The notes: generated by a model from the letters alone, not told the origin. A DNA stretch of 64,000 nt from Octopus vulgaris (GCA_951406725.2 OX597818.1:127596001-127660000); one strand, 5' to 3'; positions 45,903 to 60,900 are shown, counted from the first letter of the stretch. Translations and numbers: made by a program.

Positions 45903-46103
45903 TTCCTGGCTTTGGTTAAAAGAAAATACAGGAGGATCAGTTAATTATGATTTTATTAAACATATTCCTTCCTCAGATCCGCACACTTATTGCAGAGGCC
46001 CTTCAATTTTTCTAATTCTTGTAAAAGAACTCAAAATTTTGGGTTCCCAATCAAGCCTTTTGCAACTCTCTTAAAGCCAGTAACTTTTCAGCACCCCCTC
46101 ATA
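45903..46103 (-). mobile_element. Mariner-derived MITE
   Basis: Reverse-complement homolog of 57342-57565; TIR AAAGCCAGTAACTTTTCAGCACCCCCTCATA. Confidence 0.7.
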
Positions 46104-46349
46104 GATCCTACAATGGCCAATATTTCTTCTTTTGTATTAAGGCAATGGAGTTTTATTTGAGGGATATTTGGCTGTTATTTTTCGGAGGTCGAGAAAGTCT
46201 CTCTCACTGTCCCGTACAGTTGCCTGTGTATATTCGACATATGAATTTTGATATGACATCTCGAGCAGCGCTTGTTTTCGGAGAAGAAAACACGGAAAAA
46301 AAGGGCTCTGCCTGAAACGTCAGAATTCACATCTTACTGCATACGAAAT

Positions 46350-46670
46350 TATCATATCTCCCGGATCAGCAATTTTTCCAGCTGGATCCCCAATCGAGAC
46401 CAACCAATGCAATGGATAATATCGTGCCCTCTCACTCGGTGTCTGCCCTTCCGTTTGGCCTTGCCCGTAAAATCTATCCAGCGAGTTTTTCTTCGAACAT
46501 TCTAACCACATGTCCGCAATATCAGCGCTATAACCTCTCAATTTAGAGAGGGAGAAGAATCGCTAGACCTGCAGCGACTCCCTACTCTGTGGAGTAACAG
46601 TGCGGCAGCAGCCCTTTGGATAACCTCCATTTCGACCGCTTCTGTTCGCAATCGCACTCTTTCGGTCACT
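46350..46670 (-). pseudogene. Old RTE LINE C-terminal fragment
   Basis: Minus: [15 protein letters not shown]...YCGHVVRMFEEKLAG*ILRARPNGR. Confidence 0.6.
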
Positions 46671-47917
46671 ACTCAAAATCCATAACCATAAGTAAGGATA
46701 GGTGTGAAAATTGAAAACAGTGAGTTTGTTTGTTGGTTGGTTGGTTGGTTGGTTGGTTGGTTGGTTGGTTGGTTGGTTGGTTGGTTGGCTGACTGGTTGG
46801 TTGGTTAATTAATTGGTTTCTTCGTCTGCCTCCCTTCTTTTAATGGCCAATTACTGTTATTTCTGACAATACCCTTTGGAAGGCATGTCTGAAAACAATG
46901 CCCTCATGACTCTCTCAGGAATAGTAGACTACGAAGATGGATGCGTATGAGACGTTTTCGTACAGTGGTTTGGGTGCCTCCAGTTTGGTGCCATTGGTTC
47001 GACGCTAACTTACTTGACATCAGATGTTTTAATGTTTGTCTCGTTCTCTCCTACTTTCACTTTAACTATATGTGCGCATATGTCTATGCACATTTGCGTG
47101 TGCGTGTGTGTGCATGCGTGCGCATGTGTGTGCGTGCATGAACGCGTCTGAGTGTGTGTTTGCGTCCGGTGCCAAAACGTACTGTCGCCAGAACAGATGG
47201 AATGTCCATTCAGCTGTGCCAAACCGCCGGCATCCAAATCGCCTCATTCTGGGGGATGGGCAGACGGACGGACGGACGGACGGATTGACGGACGGACGGA
47301 CGGACGGACGGATGGACGAACGGACGGACGGACGGACGGACGGACGGACGGACGGATTGACGTACGGACGGAAGGATGGATGGATAGATGGATGGATGAA
47401 GGGATTGATGGATTAATTACGTAACTGGGGGGTTTTTTTGCCAACACACAATGTTACTAGTGTTGATTTTGCAGAATCAATATAATCAACGCATGGAATT
47501 AGTAGATTTTACGTTTAGCATTAAAAAAAAACAGTAGTTTACTAAACTACATTTTATTGACATCACCACCCTGCTGTCTCAAGGTAAAAAAAAAATCGAT
47601 AAATCGCTTCTAGTTAGATTTTAGATAGAAATCATTGATGGCATGACCTGAACTTTAATCATCGTTAAAACACCAAACTGGTTTCCTAATTTTGATTAGT
47701 ATAAAGTCCGAAATCTCCGGAGAAAAGTAACTTGGATATTATAACATTTATACTTTTATCAATGGTATCTTCTTGCATCCAAGTCAACCTCTTAAATTTC
47801 GCCCCTTGTGAAAACGGCCCCAAAATATTTAAACTCCTCCACCTACTCCAGTGCACTTAGCAGGCTTCCTCGGGAGAACCAGCGTTTCAGTACTAATAAT
47901 AATTCATTCATTCCGCT

Positions 47918-48172
47918 GGGCGCATTCCGCGGAGTTCTGTTTTTGATTCGACGGTCATTCGGAATGCTCACAGCAGCCATATTCCTACCGCTCTATGTCA
48001 CGCTGGTGAGACCCATATTGGAGTACGGGATTCAAGCCTCTTCTCTTTCTCTCCTCAAAGACATACATCATCTCGAAAGAGTCCAGAAGCTGGCTACCTG
48101 CATGGTTCTTGGTCTCAAGCATTTGTCATATGAAGAAAGGCTGAAGACGCTCGACCTTTATTCACTAGAAAT
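47918..48172 (+). pseudogene. CR1-like LINE fragment
   Basis: IRRSF...LPLYVTLVRPILEYG...KDIHHLERVQKLAT..LKHLSYEERLKTLDLYSLE. Confidence 0.85.
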
Positions 48173-48299
48173 AATCATGTAATGCGAGGGTTGTCCTAAA
48201 TACACATAAAAAACAGGATGGACGACTGGGATGTCTTTCATCAATGACCAGCTCGTCAGAATTGGTCTTGTGATAAACAATAACCGTATCTAACATAGG

Positions 48300-49650
48300 T
48301 ACAAAACCAGATAGTTGTATGAGGGTTCAGTCGATGAACCTAGTACTTGACTGGTATTTTATTTTATTGATCCTAGGAGAATGAAAGGAAAAGACGACTT
48401 CTGTTGGATTTGAACATAGAACGTAAAAAGCCGGAACAACTACCGATGCTCTAATGAATTTGCTCGTTCACCTCCACTTTTGGCAAACAATAATATCGAT
48501 TTCAAATTTTCACACAAGGTTAGCAATTTGGGGGGAGGTGAGTAAATCGATTACATTGATCCCAGTGTTCAATCAATACTTATTTCATCGATCCCCAAAA
48601 GATGAAAAGCAAAGTCAACCTTGTCAGAACCTGAAGACGAACGAAATGCTGCGATGCATTTTGGCCGGCGTGCCAACGATTCTGCCAGTTCACCGCCTCA
48701 AGTGGTAAACAATAATATCAGTCAACAATAAGCATCCAAAGCCTGAACAGAAGACGTAAATTGCTTCTTAAGTCCATTTCATCCCCTCATCCCTTTCGCC
48801 CATTATCGGAAGTAGCGTAACGTGTAGTAAGCATCGCATCATCTCAGTGATCGAGAATATCCCGGTCTTCTATCCAAATATGGGGTCAGTTCATTTCAAG
48901 TAAATGTTTTGCCCAATGTAGGAATTGGGCGGCGTAATACAAGATAATCATAGTCCCACACTGGTGTGCTAAAGCTGTCAATATATATATATGTCTGTTC
49001 AAAAATAGATTGATAACCTATTCAGAGCTAAACGCTATAGCTAGGAATAATGCTAATAATTTTCATGGAAGAGTGTTAGACGATACCATCAATCCCAGTG
49101 CTTTATTTCATTATCCCCGGATGAATGAAAGACAAAATTCATCTTGGCGGAATTTGAATTCAGAATGTATAGAGCTGCAAAAAATATTGCAAAGCATTTT
49201 GTCCAGCATTCTAATAAATTTGCCAGGTCGCCAACGATAAGAATTTTTCTTTTTTTTTTTGTACAAAAACAGCAATATTTTTAGGGGGAAAGGGTTCAGT
49301 CGATTACATCGACCCCGTTACTTGAACAGTACTTTATCTTGTCGAACTCGAAAGGATGAAAGACGGTATATGAACTCAGAACATAAAAAAAACGGAACAA
49401 ATGCCGCTAAGCATTTTGTCCGGCACTATAATGATTCTGCCAGGGCATCGCAGTTTGAATAACACTTTTTAATTTTGGAACAAAGCTAGCAGTTTTGAAG
49501 GGAGAGGGTAAGTTATTTACATCGACCTCAGTACTTGACTGGTACATCAGTTTATCGACCCCGAAAGGGGGAAAGGCAAAATTGGCCGCGGTGGAATTTG
49601 AACTCAGAACGTACAAAAGCCAGAAGAGATGTCGCTAAGCATTTCTGTTT
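48300..49650 (-). mobile_element. Several old, diverged SINE family 1-like copies (also 51645-52085)
   Basis: Repeated ATCGACCCC..AAGGATGAAAGGCAAAGTC..GGAATTTGAACTC variants. Confidence 0.7.
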
Positions 49651-49829
49651 GACACGCGAGAGGGGTGGATTGGAAGAATCATTAGAACGTTACGGAATTC
49701 GTTCCGGATCTTCACTTTCTGAGAGCAAATACTGCTAAGGTCTGCATTGCCTTCCAGCTTTTCAGAATCGATAAAATATAGAACCAATCATGTATTACAT
49801 ATATACATATGTGTGTGTATGTATGTGTG

Positions 49830-51073
49830 TGTTCAAGAAGAACAAGAAGAAGGGAGATCGCTCAGACTGCAACAACAGCAGCGGTATTTCCCTCCAGGAA
49901 AGGTCTTGGCACGCGTCCTGCTCTCTCGACTTCTTGGCCACTTCGTTGAAGGAATCCTCCCAGAGTCTCAATGCCGTTTTAGAGCTAACCGTAGCACTAT
50001 CGACATGGTCTTCGTCTCCCGCCTCCTGTTAGAGAAGTGCCGAGAACAACAGCGTGATGCCTCGTTTGCCTCCATTGACCTAACTAAGGCTTTTGATACT
50101 ATTAGCTGCCCACTACTATGGAATGTCATGCAGAATGTCATGCAGAGGTATGCCCTCCTAAGCTTCTTGCCATTCTACACCAGTTCCATGACGGCAAGCA
50201 AGCACGTGCGACATTGGGTGGTGATCAGTCTGACTACTTCAACGTTCAAGTCAGTGTTAAACAAGGCTGTGTCCTGGCCCCTGTCCTCTTCAATGTGTTC
50301 CTTGGCTGTGACTTTACTATCTCGCAACGACCTCAACCCCGAAGATGGCATCCCAATTCGATATCTCCATGATGGCAGTCTCTTCAACTTGAGGACACTA
50401 AAAATCACTATCAAAGACTCAGTCCACCACTCTCTTCGAATTACAGTATGCCGATGACCGCGTAGCTCTCGCCTCGAACCAGCCAGCCTTCAGCAGAACC
50501 TAGACGTCATGTGCAACGCCTATCGTCGGGCTGGACTCCAGGTCAACACCAAGAAGGCAGAGATCTTTCAACGCTACAAAAATGGTTCACCTCCCTAAGA
50601 CTCTTTCGATCCAAGACAACCAGCTAAAGAACACCGAGAAATTCACCTATTTGGGTAGCATCATCTCAAGCAATGGGGTCATTAACCACGAAATTCAGAA
50701 TCGCATCCCACCTACATGGCCTTGCTATTTGCCTTTGAGCCAAATTAACTAACTAACTAACTAACTAACACCTTGCCTCCTCCGCTTTGGGACGTTTCAA
50801 GGATAGGGTCTTCCTTAATCGTACACAGCATTTTGAGGATGAGCGGACTAGACTTCGCGAAGAAAAGCGAAGACATCTCAAGGAACGTCAGCAAAATCCT
50901 AGACGAGTTCATCTTCGTCGGAGCCCTCTTCGCTGCTCTCAGTGTAATCTGACATGTGCCTCCAGAATCGGCCTTTTCAGTCACAAGAGGGCCTGCCAAC
51001 GCCATCAAGACAACCCCTAAGAATCAAAAACGACATCGTCATCTGTCAAGATGGACTGCCTCAAGCAAAGTAA

Positions 51074-51078
<5 letters not shown>
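49830..51078 (+). pseudogene. RTE (BovB-like) LINE: RT domain, internal deletion, C-terminal zinc finger and 3' hairpin
   Basis: KKGDRSDCNN, GKVLARVLL, LPESQCRFRANRSTIDMVF, IDLTKAFD, VKQGCVLAPVLFN, LQYADD, CSQCNLTCASRIGLFSH; end GTCATC..GATGGACTGCC followed by CAAG-type repeats. Confidence 0.92.
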
Positions 51079-51111
<33 letters not shown>

Positions 51112-51161
51112 ACAGCTAGACAGACAGACAGACAGGCAGACAGGCAGACAGACAGATGGAC

Positions 51162-51287
<126 letters not shown>

Positions 51288-52970
51288 CAGTGATAGAGGC
51301 GAACAGACAGAGTGAAAAGGAAAAGAGGACATAAAATCTATTTCCTTTTCACGTCAAACCTTTTGCCTTTGTGTCTATATTAAATATCATCGCTGTATGC
51401 GTGTTTATTAGCAGCGAGCGAGTGGGTGTGGAAAAAATGACAGCAGATGGCCGCGTTGACAGAGTGTCGCATAAATAGTTACTGAAATCAACAGCTCGTA
51501 TTCTTTAACCGGCTTCTACTTGCACTATATCATTAGCTAATACACTTGACCCTCAAAAACTGAGTTCATAACAAACTAGCTTTATACAAGAACCGCATGG
51601 GTAGGTGTTACAATTCACGTTTATAAGGAACTGGTCACAGACATAATATTGATTTCAAATTTTGGCACAGGGCCAGCAATTTTGAAGAAGTGGATAAGTC
51701 GATTAAATCGACCCCAGTGCTCAACTGGTACTTATTTTATCGATCCCGAAAGGATAAAAGGCAAAGTCGATCTCCACGGAATTTGAACTCCGAACGTGAG
51801 GACAAAATGCCGCTAAGAATAGTTATTGCGGAGTATCTTGCCTGATACGGTAGCTATTCAGCCAGATCGCCGCTTTGGCTGCGCACGTAATATTCTTTTC
51901 TATACAAGGCCGGAAAATTTGGAGGAAAGGGCTAGTAGATTATATCGACCCCAATACACAACTGGTACTCATTTTATCGACTCTGAAAGGACGAAAGGCA
52001 AAAATTGACTCCGGCGAAATTTCAACTCAGAACTTAAAGGCCGGGAAGAAATGGCGTGAAAGATTTTGTCTGACACATTAACGATGCCGTGGATGCACAC
52101 AATATTAAAGAGTGCTTTGTCAGGTTACTTTCCTACGTTTAATTGCACGCACACAAAAGGTTACGTGGGATAGACTAGTGTTTTATGCAGAGAGTATAGT
52201 AAGAAGGTTTTTCTCACGCTGCTTTGACGTCACAGAAAAATAGAGTCAAGGCACCCCTGGACCGTAAAAGTGCAGACGTCGATAAATTGAAAGAATCATG
52301 TATATTCCAATGCATGGCAAAGAGGTTGGAAAATTTGCTTAGGAGTTATATGGCCTTGTATTTGACCCCACAGCGTGGCAGCTAGGATAATCGCCTTTTA
52401 CCATAGACTTGAGTTGATCCAAAGCCTATGAGTAGACGGAAAATATAAGGAAAAGCTCATCGATGCCACATTTTTTATACACTGTACAGGTGGCCTAGTG
52501 GTTAGGGTATTCGGCCGTGAAGGCTCGTGACTTAGTGGTTAGGGTATTCGGTTCATGATCGTTAGGTCGTCAGTTCGATTCGCGGCGGTGCGCTGTGTCC
52601 TTGAGCAAGACACTTTATTTCACATTGTTCCCATCCATTCAGCTAGCAAAAATGTGTAGTACCTGTATTTCGAAGGGCCAGCCTTATCACATTCTGTGTC
52701 ACGCTGAATCTCCCTGGGAACTGCCTTAAGGGTATGCGTATCAGTCGTGTACTCAACCACTTGTACGTTAATTTCACTAGCACCCTCATCGTCGTAACGG
52801 ACGGAGCACCAGTATTACACTGATTATACCAAAGGATTAGGTTAAAGGTTCTCATACCAGTAGGATACTCGACCACTTACTCCATAATTCAATAAGTAGT
52901 TCAGGTGGGATAAGTGTATGTATGTGTGTATGTGTGTGCGTGCGTGTATGTGTGTGTGCGTGGTGCGTAT

Positions 52971-53451
<481 letters not shown>

Positions 53452-54037
53452 TTGTGTGTATGCTTATGGCTGAGCGGTTAAGAAGTTTGCCTAAAAACCA
53501 TTCGATTCCATGGCATGGTATCTTTGGCAAGAGCCTTTACATTAACCAAAGACCAATCAAGATTTTGTGAGAGAATTTGAACAGAAGGAAATCCAAATTT
53601 CGATATTTTGTGACTGTAAATCAAAAACACGGGCGTTGTCACACTGCACCACGCTGACTCTACTTCAGAATAATGATAAGGGCTATATGTATCAGTGGGA
53701 TACTCAACCACTAAACATATCAATTTAATTGGAAGGAAGTTTGCACGCCGAAATGAACACACACACACACACACTTTACAACCACGTGGTTTCAGATTCA
53801 GCCCCTTTGCGCGGCGTCTTAGGCAAGTGTTTTCTCCTATAGCCTCATGCCGACCAATGCCTTGTGAGTGAATATCGTAGACGGAAACTGTATGGAAGCC
53901 CGTTGTATACGTGTGTGTGTGTGTGTGTCTGTGTTTGTCCCTAGCCAACACCACTTGACAACCGATGTTGGTTTGCTTGTGCCCCCATAACCTAGCGCTT
54001 CGAGAAAAGGAACCGGTAAAATAAGTACCATACTTAT

Positions 54038-54445
54038 AGGCGCAGGAGTAAGTAGCTTGCTTACCGACCACATGGCTCCGGGTTCAGTCCCACTGCGTGG
54101 CACCTTGAGCAAGTGTCTTCTACTATAGCCTCGGGCCGACCAAAGCCTTGTGAGTGGATTTGGTAGCCGGAAACTGAAAGAAGCCCGTCGTATATATGTA
54201 TATATATATGTATGTATGTGTGTATATATGTGTGTCTGTGTTTGTGCCCCAACATCGCTTGACAACCGATGCTGGTGTGTTTATGTCCCCGTAACTTACC
54301 GGTTCGGCAAAAAGAAACCGATAGAATAAGTACTGGGCTTACAAAGAATAAGTCCTGGGGTCGACTTGCTCGACTAAAGGCGGTGCTCCAGCATGGCCAC
54401 AGTCAAATGACTGAAACAAGTAAAAGAGTAAAAGAGTAAAAGAGT
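54038..54445 (+). mobile_element. SINE family 2 nested in an older family-2 copy (~53780-54530)
   Basis: A young copy interrupts a diverged copy whose tail resumes at about 54446. Confidence 0.8.
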
Positions 54446-54954
54446 AGTTTAAAAATATACACTGGGGTCGAATTTTCGCCAAAATCCCTTCAGAACAATG
54501 CCCCAGCATAGCCGCAGGCCAATGACATACAATGTAAAATATAATATAGGTGTGTGTTAGTACATGTTTTTACTTATGTGTACATGTATATGTATGCATG
54601 CATGTATGTTTGTATGTATGTATAAATGTTCCCTTTCTCCTTTTAACTTAGATCATTTGTCTCTCTGTACTAGGTTTTTAATTTAGATTAAATTTTGACC
54701 GGCCACCTAATTAGTAGCAAAGTTGTGAAGGAAAGCATCTTGCTTTGTTCATCGACCTTTAAATCTTAAGAAGATCTTGCAGGTTTTTATTGTACCGCTT
54801 ATTGTGGTCATTTGTATTATATAAATTAGTGAGTTGCTTTTCTCCCCAAGAACCCAAACTCAACCACACTTTGCCCCGGACGGGTTGATATGCGTATGTA
54901 TGTATGTATGTATGTATGTATGTATGTATGTATGTATGTATGTATGTGTGTATG

Positions 54955-55152
54955 TAAAGTTAATCCAAACAAGAAAGCACAAAAAAACACAACAACGCGA
55001 GGACGTGGAACAAATATAGTATTATTGGACGCTCAGGAAAGAAGGAAAGAAGGAGGGTTTAACGTTTCGAGCGGAGCTCTTCGTCGGAAACATAGGGTAA
55101 GGAAAGGTCCAGAGAAGGAAGGACAGAGGAAAAGAAATCACCAACGCGGTCA
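54955..55152 (-). mobile_element. Family A element with hammerhead-like motif at 55057-55091
   Basis: The motif is the exact reverse complement of 38291-38325; embedded in (TATG)n. Confidence 0.7.
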
Positions 55153-55451
55153 TGTATGTATGTATGTATGTATGTATGTATGTATGTATGCCCTGTTTAC
55201 GTTTCTTTGGCGGAATGTATTTATGGATTTACTTCAAGGAGCGCTAGAAAAGTTTTAAAGAATTTGGCGACTTCTTATAAATGCTTAACATTCATCGTTA
55301 TTTCTACACAAAAACATGTGTAGAAATATGTTGAGGAAATGTCTATATATATAATTTTAAATTACGTATATTAATGAGTACGAAAATTTCTGCTTTAAAT
55401 ATGAATGTATATGTTATATATATAATATGACATAAACCACAACGATATTTA

Positions 55452-55494
<43 letters not shown>

Positions 55495-55576
55495 ACACTT
55501 TAAAAACACAAATTGGTAAATACTTCTAAATACGTTATAATATGCACACATTATTGTTCATTTGAGTGTGTGCGTT

Positions 55577-55645
<69 letters not shown>

Positions 55646-55716
55646 GGAGTAAACACATAAATGTGAAACAAGGTGGAAAAAAAGAGTACTCAAATACCAG
55701 GGGTAGAGTAATATGC

Positions 55717-55873
55717 TTTATTTGAAAGCAGCAGAAAATTCAACAAAACCTGTTACTCGGAGTTTCACGTTCCCGTTCGTCGGACCGTTTTGTTAAATAG
55801 AACAAAACTGTCCGACGAACGGGAACGTCAAACTCCGAGTAACAGGTTTTGTTGAATTTTCTGCTGCTTTTAA

Positions 55874-55878
<5 letters not shown>
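55717..55878. ncRNA. 78-bp-arm palindrome carrying two divergent hammerhead-like motifs (family C); third partial copy at 56059-56118
   Basis: Arms 55717-55794 and 55801-55878, 3 mismatches. Consensus motif aacaaaacugu-CCGACGA-acg[ggaa]cgu-GAAA-cu[ccg]agUA^-acagguuuuguu. Confidence 0.7.
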
Positions 55879-55952
<74 letters not shown>

Positions 55953-56318
55953 CATATGTATACATAGATATAGATATATATGTATATATGACCTTGTGTG
56001 TTTATATATAAATAATATTTAATATATAATATATATGCACATGTACGCACACACACATACGGGAACGTGAAACTCAGAGTAACAGGTTTTGTTGAATTTT
56101 CTGCTGCTTTAAATAAAGTATATATATATATATATATTTAAGAAGGTGAATGAATTATCCTAGTGTGGATAATTCGGTTAACCGATACCTGGGTAGCAAA
56201 TTCACGTCAGAAAACACGGTTGAAGCTATATGCCAAGGGCAGGGATCCCGTGTTCTCGTGTGTAAAATTGTGTGTTTTTTTTAACTATGAATAAAGGAAA
56301 GAATGGAGTCGAACGACG

Positions 56319-56372
<54 letters not shown>

Positions 56373-56393
56373 ATATACATATATATGTGTATA

Positions 56394-56448
<55 letters not shown>

Positions 56449-56498
56449 GTATGTATGTATGTATGTATGTATGTATGTATGTATAATATATGTACAAT

Positions 56499-56556
<58 letters not shown>

Positions 56557-57341
56557 TACTTATAATATACTATTGTATATTATATTATATAATGCTTATG
56601 TTTAAGCGTTAATCCTCCGTGGAAGCTAAGTCTCTACGCATTTTTTTTCTTAACTTTCTTAATAAAGACTTCGTTTTACTTACCCACATCGATCCTGTGT
56701 TGACATGTCAGTGATGGCGAAAACAGTGAGGCGAATGCAAAATTTGTTTAGAGGACTTCAGAAGAAGAGGAAGAAGAAGAAGAAGAAATCTAACCTTTAG
56801 TGTAAAGTGAAGGTGGGGCTTAAGTACCATTAAAGGTAACCAAAAGGTAAAAAAGGAACAAGGTGAGAGAAATTTGGGCACAGAAAACGATAGAGAGAGA
56901 GTGTGTGTGTGTGTGTGTGTGTTTGTGTGTATACATGGATGGGAGGGAGGGAGGGAAAAGTTTCAGACGACACGACTTGAAACTGTCAGGCGATCCACAC
57001 ACACACACACACACTGGCGCGCGTATACACTCTCACACACACACACAAAAACGTGCGCGCGCACACATACTCTCTCTCTCTCTCTCTCTCCCTCTCTCTC
57101 TCTCTCCCCCCCACACACACACACGCATATTATTAGTGGTTGTTCAGCCACGCCATTCAGTAAGTTTGTTTTGAGCCGAACGGATTTTTCCTTTTCCATT
57201 TATATACGTATAAATGGATGCGGGTGTGGGTATGTACGTATGTAAGTACGTGTACATATGTATAAATATTTATCCATATTGTAATATGTGTGTGTGTGTG
57301 TGTGTGTGCGTGTGTGTGTGTGTGTATGTATTATATGTATT

Positions 57342-57565
57342 TACGAAGGGCTACAGAAAAGTTACTGGCTTTAAAGGGTGTCGTGAAAAGCAAGCCTAGT
57401 TGGAGACCAAACTTCTGAACTCTTTTACGGGACTCACAAAAACTGAAGGACCGCTGCAATAAGTGTGTAAATCTGAGACGAAAATATGTTGAATAGAATC
57501 ATAACTAAATGATCCTCTTGTATTTTCTTTTACCCAAAGCCAAGAACTTATCATCACCCCTCGTA
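57342..57565 (+). mobile_element. Mariner-derived MITE
   Basis: TA-flanked TIRs TACGAAGGG..GAAAAGTTACTGGCTT / AAGCCAAGAACTTATCATCACCCCTCGTA; internal KLKDRCNKCVNLRRKYVE* resembles a mariner transposase C-terminus. Confidence 0.8.
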
Positions 57566-58139
57566 TAATACATATAATATATATATATATAAGTATACAC
57601 ACACGCGCGCACACACATACAAAATGGATAATATTTGTACATATATATATATATATGAATTTATGTGAGTTTATATATGTACACGTGTATGGATAAGTAA
57701 GTGAGTGTGAGAGATGAATGGGTTTAATCTAGTATAAGGTATTAAGAAACAGACGGAAAACAAAAATTCAGGAGGTGTTGTGGAGTTTATGCCTCTCCAA
57801 AGCTATTATAGACAAACGAAAAGAATCGAAATTCGTAGCTGCTCTATCAAACTCTCTCCCTCTCTCTCTCTCCTTCTCTCTCTCTCTTTCCCTATCACTC
57901 TCTTTCCCTCTCTCTCACTCTCTCTCTCTCTCTCACGCTCTGTTTTTCTCCTCATACATACACACACACACAGATGTAGATGCATATATATATATATACG
58001 TGTACATATATACATATACATACTTATATGTTCGGGTATATACAGATATATACAAATGCATGAGGATTTATATACGTATGTATATATATATATATATATA
58101 TATAGTACACATAGATATACATAGTGGTATGTATACATG

Positions 58140-58192
<53 letters not shown>

Positions 58193-58203
58193 ATGTATAT
58201 ATA

Positions 58204-58239
<36 letters not shown>

Positions 58240-58292
58240 TGCATGTATGTATGTATGTATGTATGTATGTATGTATATATACATACTTGTAA

Positions 58293-58336
<44 letters not shown>

Positions 58337-59173
58337 TTACAAGTACGTATGTATGTATGCATGTATGCTTATGAGAACCGTAGTAAGTGGAAGTGAAATG
58401 TATAAAGTAACAAGAGAGAGAGAAGAAAAAGCGTGTAAAAAAAAAGAAGAAAAAAAAACAGAAGCCGAAGCCGATCTATCCACCAGAGGACAAAGAAGAG
58501 AACGAGTGAAGATAGGAAGACTTAACTAAAGAGTTACAGAGGGAAAGATAACCTGTTACTTCAAGCTTACCCGTTCGCCTTGTATTCGTTGTCTGGTTCA
58601 GTGTGACTTGGCAAGCAGGCAGCCTGCTTTACCTGGAAATACTTTACTCTACCTGTCGTTGTCTAGAAGGTAAAAAAAAAAAAAGTCACACGAACCGCCA
58701 GCCCAAACCACAACCTCCTCTAATACCACCACCATCACCATCACCACCAACACTACTGCCAACACCAACACCAACGATATCCATTTCTCCCACTCTTACC
58801 GAAACTGTCACTGTCAACATCTCCCTTTCACTTTTTCTCCTCTCTCTCTCTCCCGCTCCCTCTCTCGCTCTTGCTCTTTCTGTTTCTCCCTCTGCGAGCG
58901 CGCACACACACACACACATACACTTTCTCTTTTTTCTCTTTATCTCTCTCTCTCTCTCTCGCCTCTCTCCTCTCCTCTCTCTTTTTCAAAGTTCTGTTGC
59001 GGCGAATGGTGATCAATAAACAGAGAGAGAAAGAGAGAGAGAGAGAGAAAAAAAAGAGAGAAAGAGAAAATAAAGGAAAGAATGAAACGTAGATACTTCA
59101 AGGTTGATAGATAGAAAGATAGACAGACACACAAAGACAACTTGATTAAATGATTAACAGACAGACAGACAGG

Positions 59174-59264
<91 letters not shown>

Positions 59265-59280
59265 GTAGATAAATAGATAA

Positions 59281-59377
59281 ATTTCTTTATTGGCCACACA
59301 GGGCTGCACACAGATGGGACAAGTTACAAGGTAGAGCTTTTCTTTTGGGGGATGAAAAAAACAAAAAACAAAAAAAA
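59281..59377 (-). mobile_element. Retroelement 3' end inserted in (GATA)n
   Basis: Homologous to 61844-62063; the minus strand ends ..GGCCAATAAAGAAAT, then (TATC)n. Confidence 0.7.
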
Positions 59378-59401
59378 TAGATAGATAGATAGACAGACAG
59401 G

Positions 59402-59493
<92 letters not shown>

Positions 59494-59529
59494 CAGACAG
59501 GTAGATAGATAGATAGATAGATAGACAGG

Positions 59530-59617
<88 letters not shown>

Positions 59618-60012
59618 GTTTCAGAAAGACTTGTGTGCATAGTCAGAGAAGAGATGTTACCGTCGCAAAACAATCTAGGGGAACAGAAGTAAGACAAAAA
59701 ATAAAAGGGAAAAAATCAATGAGAGATATGCGGAGATGAGTGTTGAGAAATTTCGAGGAAGAAACTTCGAAAGAAAAAAAAGAAAGAGTTTAAAAGACTT
59801 TAATCGAGTTTTTTTTAATGGGATTGTATGGAGAGTTGAAGAGATGGAGAAAAAGATTGATACGAAGGAATCATGAAGGAGAGAGTGGGGTGTGGTGTGT
59901 TTAATAGGGGTGAACACAAGTTGGAAGAGGCCGAAAAAAAAAAGAAAAGTGAAAGAAGACTTATAAAGAAGAAGGGGGAAAACAACAGAGAAAGAGAACA
60001 GGTTGAAGAAGT

Positions 60013-60029
60013 AGATGATGACAATGATA

Positions 60030-60097
<68 letters not shown>

Positions 60098-60150
60098 CCA
60101 ACTCGTCCTTCTCCACCTTTTCCTCCTCCTTCCTTCATCACCACCACTAT

Positions 60151-60221
<71 letters not shown>

Positions 60222-60360
60222 GGTAGTAGTGGGGGAAGAAGAAGAAGAAGAAGAAGAAGAAGAAGAAGAAGAGAAGGAGAAGGAGAAGGAGGAGGAGGAG
60301 GAGGAGAAAGAGGAGGAGAAGAAGGAGGAGGTGGAAGAGGAGGTGGAAGAGGAGGAAGAG
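60013..60360. repeat. Compound trinucleotide microsatellites (GAT)n, (TAG)n, (GAA)n, (GAG)n
   Basis: Direct reading. Confidence 0.95.
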
Positions 60361-60645
60361 GGGAGAAGGACCAAAGAAGAAATACTCTGTTAAAAAGAAG
60401 AAAAAGAATAAAGTAAACGAAAGAAAGAAAGAAAGAAAGAAAAAAGAAGGAAATAAAACGGAGCTGAATGAGGAAGAAGAGATTAAGAAAAACAGTGGCG
60501 AATGGCGAGTAAGAGGGAGGGAGGGAGAAGAAATGAAAGGAGAGAGGTGAGAGGAGACATATGTAAAGAATGAGTGCAAGGAAATAAAAAAAAAGACAAT
60601 GAGACGAGAGAGAGAGAGAGATAAGAAAAATAACGAGAGAGATAC

Positions 60646-60680
<35 letters not shown>

Positions 60681-60900
60681 AGGAGAGAGACGTGTTTTTG
60701 AGGTGGAGTTAGTGACTCACAAGTCATATATCTTACTCAACAAAAGGTGAACTAGACCAGGTTATATAAACCTGCGCACAACACGAACGTGGTAACACAT
60801 GAACACATGAAGGCCCGTAGTAATTGTTAAAGAATATATATATATATATACACTTCCAGTACATACATTCGTGTATGTGTGTGTCGTCTGTGTGTACATC

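Noticed and set aside
46944-47248. Possible MITE with degenerate inverted ends (ATGAGACGTTTT.../...AAATCGCCTCAT)
   Set aside because: Too diverged and no TSD found; not reported as a feature.
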